Assembly: GCA_964016885.1 (NCBI GenBank)
Contig: OZ024745.1
Coordinates: 68,572,001-68,636,000, forward strand
Length of the DNA: 64,000 bases
Source of the DNA: Eledone cirrhosa
Taxonomy: Eukaryota
Reading direction: 5' to 3'
Of this stretch, positions 52,501 to 64,000 are shown in pieces. Made by a program: the position numbers and the translations under genes. Each line of letters opens with the position of its first letter. Positions within the stretch are counted from its first letter, which is position 1. Under the pieces are notes generated by a model that did not search any database, was not told the origin of the DNA, and was given only the letters and a program-made list of their open reading frames with translations.

Positions 52501-55500
52501 AGGAGGGAAGGTAAACAGAACTGCTAAAGACTAGTCTTACAGGAGGGAAGGTAAACAGAACTGCTAAAGACTAGTCTTACTGGAGGGAAGGTAAACAGAA
52601 CTGCTAAAGACTAGTCTTACAGGAGGGAAGGTAAACAGAACAGCTAAAGACTAGTCTTACAGGAGGAAAGGTAAACAGAACTGCTAAAGACTAGTCTTAC
52701 AGGAGGGAAGGTAAACAGAACTGCCAAAGACTAGTCTTACGGGAGGGAAGGTAAACAGAACTGCTAAAGACTAGTCTTACAGGAGGGAAGGTAAACAGAA
52801 CTGCTAAAGACTAGTCTTACTGGAGGGAAGGTAAACAGAACTGCTAAAGACTAGTCTTACAGGAGGGAAGGTAAACAGAACTGCTAAAGACTAGTCTTAC
52901 TGGAGGGTAGGTAAACAGAACTGCTAAAGACTAGTCTTACAGGAGGGAAGGTAAACAGAACTGCTAAAGACTAATCTTACTGGAGGGAAGGTAAACAGAA
53001 CTGCTAAAGACTAGTCTTACTGGAGGGAAGGTAAACAGAACTGCTAAATACTAGTCTTACATTGGGGAACGTAAACAGAACTGCTAAAGACAAGTCTTAC
53101 AGGAGGGAAGGTAAACAGAACTGCTAAAGACTAGTCTTACAGGAGGGAAGGTAAACAGAACTGCTAAATACTAGTCTTACATTGGGGAAGGTAAACAGAA
53201 CTGCTAAATACTAGTCTTACATTGGGGAAGGTAAACAGAACTGCTAAATACTAGTCTTACAGGAGGGAAGGTAAACACAACTGCTAAAGACAAGTCTTAC
53301 ATTGGGGAAGGTAAACAGAACTGCTAAATACTAGTCTTACAGGAGGGAAGGTAAACAGAACTGCTAAATACTAGTCTTACAGGAGGGAAGGTAAACAGAA
53401 CTGCTAAAGACTAGTCTTACTGGAGGGAAGGTAAACAGAACTGCTAAAGACTAGTCTTACAGGAGGGAAGGTAAACAGAACTGCTAAATACTAGTCTTAC
53501 ATTGGGGAACGTGAACAGAACTGCTAAAGACAAGTCTTACAGGAGGGAAGGTAAACAGAACTGCTAAATACTAGTCTTACATTGGGGAACGTAAACAGAA
53601 CTGCTAAATACTAGTCTTACAGGAGGAAAGATAAACAGAACTGCTAAAGACAAGTCTTACAGGAGGGAAGGTAAACAGAACTGCTAAAGACAAGTCTTAC
53701 AGGAAGGAAGGTAAAAAGAACTGCTAAAGACTAGTCTTACAGGAGGGAAGGTAAACAGAACTGCTAAAGACTAGTCTTACTGGAGGGAAGGTAAACAGAA
53801 CTGCTAAAGACTAGTCTTACAGGAGGGAAGGTAAACAGAACTGCTAAAGACTAGTCTTACATTGGGGAACGTAAACAGAACTGCTAAAGACAAGTCTTAC
53901 TGGAGGGAAGGTAAACAGAACTGCTAAAGACTAGTCTTACAGGAGGGAAGGTAAACAGAACTGCTAAAGACTAGTCTTACATTGGGGAACGTAAATAGAA
54001 CTGCTAAAGGCAAGTCTTACTGGAGGGAAGGTAAACAGAACTGCTAAAGACTAGTCTTACAGGAGGGAAGGTAAACAGAACTGCTAAAGACTAGTCTTAT
54101 TGGAGGGAAGGTAAACAGAACTGCTAAAGACTAGTCTTACAGGAGGGAAGGTAAATAGAACTGCTAAAGACTAGTCTTACTGGAGGGAAGGTAAACAGAA
54201 CTGCTAAAGACTAGTCTTACAGGAGGGAAGGTAAACAGAACTGCTAAAGACTAGTCTTACAGGAGGGAAGGTAAACAGAACTGCTAAAGACTAGTCTTAC
54301 ATTGGGGAACGTAAACATAACTGCTAAAGACAAGTCTTACTGGAGGGAACGTAAACAGAACTGCTAAAGACTAGTCTTACAGGAGGGAGGGTAAACAGAA
54401 CTACTAAAGACTAGTCTTACTGGAGGGAAGGTAAACAGAACTGCTAAAGACTAGTCTTACAGGAGGGAAGGTAAACAGAACTGCTAAAGACTAGTCTTAC
54501 ATTGGGGAACGTAAACAGAACTGCTAAAGACAAGTCTTACTGGAGGGAAGGTAAACAGAACTGCTAAAGACTAGTCTTACAGGAGGGAAGGTAAACAGAA
54601 CTGCTAAAGACTAGTCTTACTGGAGGGAAGGTAAACAGAACTGCTAAAGACTAGTCTTACAGGAGGGAAGTTAAACAGAACTGCTAAATACTAGTCTTAC
54701 ATTGGGGAACGTAAACAGAACTGCTAAATACTAGTCTTACAGGAGGAAAGGTAAACAGAACTGCTAAAGACAAGTCTTACAGGAGGGAAGTTAAACAGAA
54801 CTGCTAAAGACTAGTCTTACAGGAGGGAAGGTAAACAGAACTGCTAAAGACTAGTCTTACTGGAGGGAAGGTAAACAGAACTGCTAAAGACTAGTCTTAC
54901 AGGACGGAAGGTAAACAGAACTGCTAAAGACTAGTCTTACAGGAGGAAAGTAAACAGAACTGCTAAAGACTAGTCTTACAGGAGGGAAGGTAAACAGAAC
55001 TGCTAAAGACTAGTCTTACAGGAGGAAAGGTAAACAGAACTGCTAAATACTAGTCTTACATTGAGGAACGTAAACAGAACTGCTAAAGACAAGTCTTACA
55101 GGAGGGAAGGTAAACAGAACTGCTAAAGACAAGTCTTACAGGAGGGAAAGTAAACAGAACTGCTAAAGACTAGTCTTACATTGGGGAACGTAAACAGAAC
55201 TGCTAAAGACAAGTCTTACAGGAGGGAAGGTAAACAGAACTGCTAAAGACTAGTCTTACAGGAGGGAAGGTAAACAGAACTGCTAAAGACTAGTCTTACA
55301 GGAGGAAAGGTAAACAGAACTGCTAAATACTAGTCTTACAGGAGGAAAGGTAAACAGAACTGCTAAAGACTAGTCTTACAGGAGGGAAGGTAAACGGAAC
55401 TGCTAAAGACTAGTCTTACAGGAGGGAAGGTAAACAGAACTGCTAAATACTAGTCTTACATTGGGTAACGTAAACAGAACTGCTAAAGACAAGCCTTACA

Positions 55501-58500
55501 GGAGGGAAGGTAAACAGAACTGCTAAAGACTAGTCTTACATTGGGGAACGTAAACAGAACTGCTAAAGACAAGTCTTACAGGAGGGAAGGTAAACAGAAC
55601 TGCTAAAGACAAGTCTTACAGGAGGGAAGGTAAACAGAACTGCTAAAGACTAGTCTTACAGGAGGAAAGGTAAACAGAACTGCTAAATACTAGTCTTACA
55701 TTGGGGAACGTAAACAGAACTGCTAAAGACAAGTCTTACAGGAGGGAAGGTAAACAGAACTGCTAAATACTAGTCTGACATTGGGGAACGTAAACAGAAC
55801 TGCTAAAGACAAGTCTTACAGGAGGGAAGGTAAACAGAACTGCTAAAGACAAGTCTTACAGGAGGGAAGGTAAACAGAACTGCTAAAGACTAGTCTTACA
55901 GGAGGAAAGGTAAACAGAACTGCTAAATACTAGTCTTACATTGGGGAACGTAAACAGAACTGCTAAAGACAAGTCTTACAGGAGGGAAGGTAAACAGAAC
56001 TGCTAAAGACTAGTCTTACAGGAGGGAAGGTAAACAGAACTGCTAAATACTAGTCTTACAGGAGGAAAGGTAAACAGAACTGCTAAAGACTAGTCTTACA
56101 GGAGGGAAGGTAAACAGAACTGCTAAAGACTATTCTTACAGGAGGGAAGGTAAACAGAACTGCTAAATACTAGTCTTACATTGGGGAACGTAAACAGAAC
56201 TGCTAAAGACAAGTCTTACAGGAGGGAAGGTAAACAGAACTGCTAAAGACTAGTCTTACAGGAGGGAAGGTAAACAGAACTGCTAAAGACAAGTCTTACA
56301 GGAGGGAGGGTAAACAGAACTGCTAAAGACAAGTCTTACAGGAGGAAAGGTAAACAGAACTGCTAAAGACTAGTCTTACAGGAGGGAAGGTAAACAGAAC
56401 TGCTAAATACTAGTCTTACAGGAGGAAAGGTAAACAGAACTGCTAAAGACTAGTCTTACAGGAGGGAAGGTAAACAGAACTGCTAAAGACAAGTCTTACA
56501 GGAGGGAAGGTAAACAGAACTGCTAAAGACAAGTCTTACAGGAGGGAAGGTAAACAGAACTGCTAAAGACAAGTCTTACAGGAGGGAAGGTAAACAGAAC
56601 TGCTAAAGACTAGTCTTACAGGAGGGAAGGTAAACAGAACTGCTAAAGACTAGTCTTACAGGAGGGAAGGTAAACAGAACTGCTAAAGACTAGTCTTACT
56701 GGAGGGAAGGTAAACAGAACTGCTAAAGACTAGTCTTACAGGAGGGAAGGTAAACAGAACTGCTAAAGACTAGTCTTACAGGAGGAAAGGTAAACAGAAC
56801 TGCTAAAGACTAGTCTTACAGGAGGGAAGGTAAACAGAACTGCCAAAGACTAGTCTTACAGGAGGGAAGGTAAACAGAACTGCTAAAGACTAGTCTTACA
56901 GGAGGGAAGGTAAACAGAACTGCTAAAGACAAGTCTTACTGGAGGGAAGGTAAACAGAACTGCTAAAGACTAGTCTTACAGGAGGGAAGGTAAACAGAAC
57001 TGCTAAAGACTAGTCTTACTGGAGGGTAGGTAAACAGAACTGCTAAAGACTAGTCTTACAGGAGGGAAGGTAAACAGAACTGCTAAAGACTAGTCTTACT
57101 GGAGGGAAGGTAAACAGAACTGCTAAAGACTAGTCTTACTGGAGGGAAGGTAAACAGAACTGCTAAATACTAGTCTTACATTGGGGAACGTAAACAGAAC
57201 TGCTAAAGACAAGTCTTACAGGAGGGAAGGTAAACAGAACTGCTAAAGACTAGTCTTACAGGAGGGAAGGTAAACAGAACTGCTAAATACTAGTCTTACA
57301 TTGGGGAAGGTAAACAGAACTGCTAAATACTAGTCTTACATTGGGGAAGGTAAACAGAACTGCTAAATACTAGTCTTACAGGAGGGAAGGTAAACAGAAC
57401 TGCTAAAGACAAGTCTTACATTGGGGAAGGTAAACAGAACTGCTAAATACTAGTCTTACAGGAGGGAAGGTAAACAGAACTGCTAAATACTAGTCTTACA
57501 GGAGGGAAGGTAAACAGAACTGCTAAAGACTAGTCTTACAGGAGGGAAGGTAAACAGAACTGCTAAAGACTAGTCTTACAGGAGGAAAGGTAAACAGAAC
57601 TGCTAAATACTAGTCTTACATTGGGGAACGTAAACAGAACTGCTAAAGACAAGTCTTACAGGAGGGAAGGTAAACAGAACTGCTAAAGACTAGTCTTACA
57701 GGAGGGAAGGTAAACAGAACTGCTAAATACTAGTCTTACAGGAGGAAAGGTAAACAGAACTGCTAAAGACTAGTCTTACAGGAGGGAAGGTAAACAGAAC
57801 TGCTAAAGACTATTCTTACAGGAGGGAAGGTAAACAGAACTGCTAAATACTAGTCTTACATTGGGGAACGTAAACAGAACTGCTAAAGACAAGTCTTACA
57901 GGAGGGAAGGTAAACAGAACTGCTAAAGACTAGTCTTACAGGAGGGAAGGTAAACAGAACTGCTAAAGACAAGTCTTACAGGAGGGAGGGTAAACAGAAC
58001 TGCTAAAGACAAGTCTTACAGGAGGAAAGGTAAACAGAACTGCTAAAGACTAGTCTTACAGGAGGGAAGGTAAACAGAACTGCTAAATACTAGTCTTACA
58101 GGAGGAAAGGTAAACAGAACTGCTAAAGACTAGTCTTACAGGAGGGAAGGTAAACAGAACTGCTAAAGACAAGTCTTACAGGAGGGAAGGTAAACAGAAC
58201 TGCTAAAGACAAGTCTTACAGGAGGGAAGGTAAACAGAACTGCTAAAGACAAGTCTTACAGGAGGGAAGGTAAACAGAACTGCTAAAGACTAGTCTTACA
58301 GGAGGGAAGGTAAACAGAACTGCTAAAGACTAGTCTTACAGGAGGGAAGGTAAACAGAACTGCTAAAGACTAGTCTTACTGGAGGGAAGGTAAACAGAAC
58401 TGCTAAAGACTAGTCTTACAGGAGGGAAGGTAAACAGAACTGCTAAAGACTAGTCTTACAGGAGGAAAGGTAAACAGAACTGCTAAAGACTAGTCTTACA

Positions 58501-61500
58501 GGAGGGAAGGTAAACAGAACTGCCAAAGACTAGTCTTACAGGAGGGAAGGTAAACAGAACTGCTAAAGACTAGTCTTACAGGAGGGAAGGTAAACAGAAC
58601 TGCTAAAGACAAGTCTTACTGGAGGGAAGGTAAACAGAACTGCTAAAGACTAGTCTTACAGGAGGGAAGGTAAACAGAACTGCTAAAGACTAGTCTTACT
58701 GGAGGGTAGGTAAACAGAACTGCTAAAGACTAGTCTTACAGGAGGGAAGGTAAACAGAACTGCTAAAGACTAGTCTTACTGGAGGGAAGGTAAACAGAAC
58801 TGCTAAAGACTAGTCTTACTGGAGGGAAGGTAAACAGAACTGCTAAATACTAGTCTTACATTGGGGAACGTAAACAGAACTGCTAAAGACAAGTCTTACA
58901 GGAGGGAAGGTAAACAGAACTGCTAAAGACTAGTCTTACAGGAGGGAAGGTAAACAGAACTGCTAAATACTAGTCTTACATTGGGGAAGGTAAACAGAAC
59001 TGCTAAATACTAGTCTTACATTGGGGAAGGTAAACAGAACTGCTAAATACTAGTCTTACAGGAGGGAAGGTAAACAGAACTGCTAAAGACAAGTCTTACA
59101 TTGGGGAAGGTAAACAGAACTGCTAAATACTAGTCTTACAGGAGGGAAGGTAAACAGAACTGCTAAATACTAGTCTTACAGGAGGGAAGGTAAACAGAAC
59201 TGCTAAAGACTAGTCTTACTGGAGGGAAGGTAAACAGAACTGCTAAAGACTAGTCTTACAGAAGGAAAGGTAAACAGAACTGCTAAAGACTAGTCTTACA
59301 GGAGGGAAGGTAAACAGAACTGATAAAGACTAGTCTTACAGGAGGGAAGGTAAACAGAACTCCTAAAGACTAGTCTTACAGGAGGGAAGGTAAACAGAAC
59401 TGCTAAAGACTAGTCTTACAGGAGGGAAGGTAAACAGAACTGCTAAATACTAGTCTTACAGGAGGGAAGGTAAACAGAACTGCTAAAGACAAGTCTTACA
59501 TTGGGGAAGGTAAACAGAACTGCTAAATACTAGTCTTACAGGAGGGAAGGTAAACAGAACTGCTAAAGACTAGTCTTACAGGAGGGAAGGTAAACAGAAC
59601 TGCTAAAGACTAGTCTTACATTGGGGAACGTAAACAGAACTGCTAAAGACAAGTCTTACTGGAGGGAAGGTAAACAGAACTGCTAAAGACTAGTCTTACA
59701 GGAGGGAAGGTAAACAGAACTGCTAAAGACTAGTCTTACTGGAGGGAAGGTAAACAGAACTGCTAAAGACTAGTCTTACAGGAGGGAAGTTAAACAGAAC
59801 TGCTAAATACTAGTCTTACATTGGGGAACGTAAACAGAACTGCTAAATACTAGTCTTACAGGAGGGAAGGTAAACAGAACTGCTAAAGACTAGTCTTACT
59901 GGAGGGAAGGTAAACAGAACTGCTAAAGACTAGTCTTACAGGACGGAAGGTAAACAGAACTGCTAAAGACTAGTCTTACAGGAGGAAAGTAAACAGAACT
60001 GCTAAAGACTAGTCTTACAGGAGGGAAGGTAAACAGAACTGCTAAAGACTAGTCTTACAGGAGGAAAGGTAAACAGAACTGCTAAATACTAGTCTTACAT
60101 TGAGGAACGTAAACAGAACTGCTAAAGACAAGTCTTACAGGAGGGAAGGTAAACAGAACTGCTAAAGACTAGTCTTACAGGAGGGAAAGTAAACAGAACT
60201 GCTAAAGACTAGTCTTACATTGGGGAACGTAAACAGAACTGCTAAAGACAAGTCTTACAGGAGGGAAGGTAAACAGAACTGCTAAAGACTAGTCTTACAG
60301 GAGGGAAGGTAAACAGAACTGCTAAAGACTAGTCTTACAGGAGGAAAGGTAAACAGAACTGCTAAATACTAGTCTTACAGGAGGAAAGGTAAACAGAACT
60401 GCTAAAGACTAGTCTTACAGGAGGGAAGGTAAACGGAACTGCTAAAGACTAGTCTTACAGGAGGGAAGGTAAACAGAACAGCTAAATACTAGTCTTACAT
60501 TGGGTAACGTAAACAGAACTGCTAAAGACAAGCCTTACAGGAGGGAAGGTAAACAGAACTGCTAAAGACTAGTCTTACATTGGGGAACGTAAACAGAACT
60601 GCTAAAGACAAGTCTTACAGGAGGGAAGGTAAACAGAATTGCTAAAGACAAGTCTTACAGGAGGGAATGTAAACAGAACTGCTAAAGACTAGTCTTACAG
60701 GAGGAAAGGTAAACAGAACTGCTAAATACTAGTCTTACATTGGGGAACGTAAACAGAACTGCTAAAGACAAGTCTTACAGGAGGGAAGGTAAACAGAACT
60801 GCTAAATACTAGTCTGACATTGGGGAACGTAAACAGAACTGCTAAAGACAAGTCTTACAGGAGGGAAGGTAAACAGAACTGCTAAAGACAAGTCTTACAG
60901 GAGGGAAGGTAAACAGAACTGCTAAAGACTAGTCTTACAGGAGGAAAGGTAAACAGAACTGCTAAATACTAGTCTTACATTGGGGAACGTAAACAGAACT
61001 GCTAAAGACAAGTCTTACAGGAGGGAAGGTAAACAGAACTGCTAAAGACTAGTCTTACAGGAGGGAAGGTAAACAGAACTGCTAAATACTAGTCTTACAG
61101 GAGGAAAGGTAAACAGAACTGCTAAAGACTAGTCTTACAGGAGGGAAGGTAAACAGAACTGCTAAAGACTATTCTTACAGGAGGGAAGGTAAACAGAACT
61201 GCTAAATACTAGTCTTACATTGGGGAACGTAAACAGAACTGCTAAAGACAAGTCTTACAGGAGGGAAGGTAAACAGAACTGCTAAATACTAGTCTTACAG
61301 GAGGGAAGGTAAACAGAACTGCTAAAGACAAGTCTTACAGGAGGGAGGGTAAACAGAACTGCTAAAGACAAGTCTTACAGGAGGAAAGGTAAACAGAACT
61401 GCTAAAGACTAGTCTTACAGGAGGGAAGGTAAACAGAACTGCTAAATACTAGTCTTACAGGAGGAAAGGTAAACAGAACTGCTAAAGACTAGTCTTACAG

Positions 61501-64000
61501 GAGGGAAGGTAAACAGAACTGCTAAAGACAAGTCTTACAGGAGGGAAGGTAAACAGAACTGCTAAAGACAAGTCTTACAGGAGGGAAGGTAAACAGAACT
61601 GCTAAAGACAAGTCTTACAGGAGGGAAGGTAAACAGAACTGCTAAAGACTAGTCTTACAGGAGGGAAGGTAAACAGAACTGCTAAAGACTAGTCTTACAG
61701 GAGGGAAGGTAAACAGAACTGCTAAAGACTAGTCTTACTGGAGGGAAGGTAAACAGAACTGCTAAAGACTAGTCTTACAGGAGGGAAGGTAAACAGAACT
61801 GCTAAAGACTAGTCTTACAGGAGGAAAGGTAAACAGAACTGCTAAAGACTAGTCTTACAGGAGGGAAGGTAAACAGAACTGCCAAAGACTAGTCTTACAG
61901 GAGGGAAGGTAAACAGAACTGCTAAAGACTAGTCTTACAGGAGGGAAGGTAAACAGAACTGCTAAAGACAAGTCTTACTGGAGGGAAGGTAAACAGAACT
62001 GCTAAAGACTAGTCTTACAGGAGGGAAGGTAAACAGAACTGCTAAAGACTAGTCTTACTGGAGGGTAGGTAAACAGAACTGCTAAAGACTAGTCTTACAG
62101 GAGGGAAGGTAAACAGAACTGCTAAAGACTAGTCTTACTGGAGGGAAGGTAAACAGAACTGCTAAAGACTAGTCTTACTGGAGGGAAGGTAAACAGAACT
62201 GCTAAATACTAGTCTTACATTGGGGAACGTAAACAGAACTGCTAAAGACAAGTCTTACAGGAGGGAAGGTAAACAGAACTGCTAAAGACTAGTCTTACAG
62301 GAGGGAAGGTAAACAGAACTGCTAAATACTAGTCTTACATTGGGGAAGGTAAACAGAACTGCTAAATACTAGTCTTACATTGGGGAAGGTAAACAGAACT
62401 GCTAAATACTAGTCTTACAGGAGGGAAGGTAAACAGAACTGCTAAAGACAAGTCTTACATTGGGGAAGGTAAACAGAACTGCTAAATACTAGTCTTACAG
62501 GAGGGAAGGTAAACAGAACTGCTAAATACTAGTCTTACAGGAGGGAAGGTAAACAGAACTGCTAAAGACTAGTCTTACTGGAGGGAAGGTAAACAGAACT
62601 GCTAAAGACTAGTCTTACAGAAGGAAAGGTAAACAGAACTGCTAAAGACTAGTCTTACAGGAGGGAAGGTAAACAGAACTGCTAAAGACTAGTCTTACAG
62701 GAGGGAAGGTAAACAGAACTCCTAAAGACTAGTCTTACAGGAGGGAAGGTAAACAGAACTGCTAAAGACTAGTCTTACAGGAGGGAAGGTAAACAGAACT
62801 GCTAAATACTAGTCTTACAGGAGGGAAGGTAAACAGAACTGCTAAAGACAAGTCTTACATTGGGGAAGGTAAACAGAACTGCTAAATACTAGTCTTACAG
62901 GAGGGAAGGTAAACAGAACTGCTAAAGACTAGTCTTACAGGAGGGAAGGTAAACAGAACTCCTAAAGACTAGTCTTACAGGAGGGAAGGTAAACAGAACT
63001 GCTAAAGACTAGTCTTACAGGAGGGAAGGTAAACAGAACTGCTAAATACTAGTCTTACAGGAGGGAAGGTAAACAGAACTGCTAAAGACAAGTCTTACAT
63101 TGGGGAAGGTAAACAGAACTGCTAAATACTAGTCTTACAGGAGGGAAGGTAAACAGAACTGCTAAAGACTAGTCTTACAGGAGGGAAGGTAAACAGAACT
63201 GCTAAAGACTAGTCTTACAGGAGGGAAGGTAAACAGAACTGCTAAATACTAGTCTTACAGGAGGGAAGGTAAACAGAACTGCTAAAGACTAGTCTTACAG
63301 GAGGGAAGGTAAACGGAACTGCTAAAGACTAGTCTTACAGGAGGGAAGGTAAACAGAACTGCTAAATACTAGTCTTACATTGGGTAACGTAAACAGAACT
63401 GCTAAAGACAAGCCTTACAGGAGGGAAGGTAAACAGAACTGCTAAAGACTAGTCTTACATTGGGGAACGTAAACAGAACTGCTAAAGACAAGTCTTACAG
63501 GAGGGAAGGTAAACAGAACTGCTAAAGACAAGTCTTACAGGAGGGAAGGTAAACAGAACTGCTAAAGACTAGTCTTACAGGAGGAAAGGTAAACAGAACT
63601 GCTAAATACTAGTCTTACATTGGGGAACGTAAACAGAACTGCTAAAGACAAGTCTTACAGGAGGGAAGGTAAACAGAACTGCTAAATACTAGTCTGACAT
63701 TGGGGAACGTAAACAGAACTGCTAAAGACAAGTCTTACAGGAGGGAAGGTAAACAGAACTGCTAAAGACAAGTCTTACAGGAGGGAAGGTAAACAGAACT
63801 GCTAAAGACTAGTCTTACAGGAGGAAAGGTAAACAGAACTGCTAAATACTAGTCTTACATTGGGGAACGTAAACAGAACTGCTAAAGACAAGTCTTACAG
63901 GAGGGAAGGTAAACAGAACTGCTAAAGACTAGTCTTACAGGAGGGAAGGTAAACAGAACTGCTAAATACTAGTCTTACAGGAGGAAAGGTAAACAGAACT
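28550..64000. repeat. 40-bp satellite array (over 35 kb, roughly 885 monomers, continues past the window end)
   Basis: Consensus AGGAGGGAAGGTAAACAGAACTGCTAAAGACTAGTCTTAC; major variant ATTGGGGAACG; no ORFs in the track. Confidence 0.99.

Noticed and set aside
28550-64000. CRISPR-like appearance (constant 29-bp part plus variable 11-bp part)
   Set aside because: The variable part has only a few recurring alleles rather than unique spacers, there are no cas genes, and the context is eukaryotic
28550-64000. Satellite monomer as a collapsed hammerhead (CTGCTAA..GACTAGTC shares ACTAGT with the array ribozyme)
   Set aside because: Lacks CUGANGA, GAAA and stem II; the shared hexamer is too short to imply homology

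Overview
Gene-poor, AT-rich metazoan genomic DNA with no host protein-coding exon that I can support. The SINE family and the dense (TA)n/(CA)n/(TATG)n microsatellites resemble octopus or other cephalopod DNA (inference). Bases 1-28.5 kb are a mosaic of microsatellites, tRNA-derived SINEs, a piggyBac-type MITE, an internally deleted Helitron, a 5'-truncated RTE LINE with target-site duplication and Penelope-like element (PLE) fragments. Bases 28.55-64 kb are a 40-bp satellite with a shifting higher-order structure. The most striking feature is an apparently identical 471-bp x 12.9 tandem array (8664-14738). Every unit carries a minimal type I hammerhead ribozyme with a palindromic ACUAGU stem III, so it is a candidate retrozyme (circular-RNA-forming) array. 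It lies tail-to-tail with a GIY-YIG PLE ORF. Several other complete or partial hammerheads occur in small fold-back elements, and most share an unusual U.U pair at the base of stem II.
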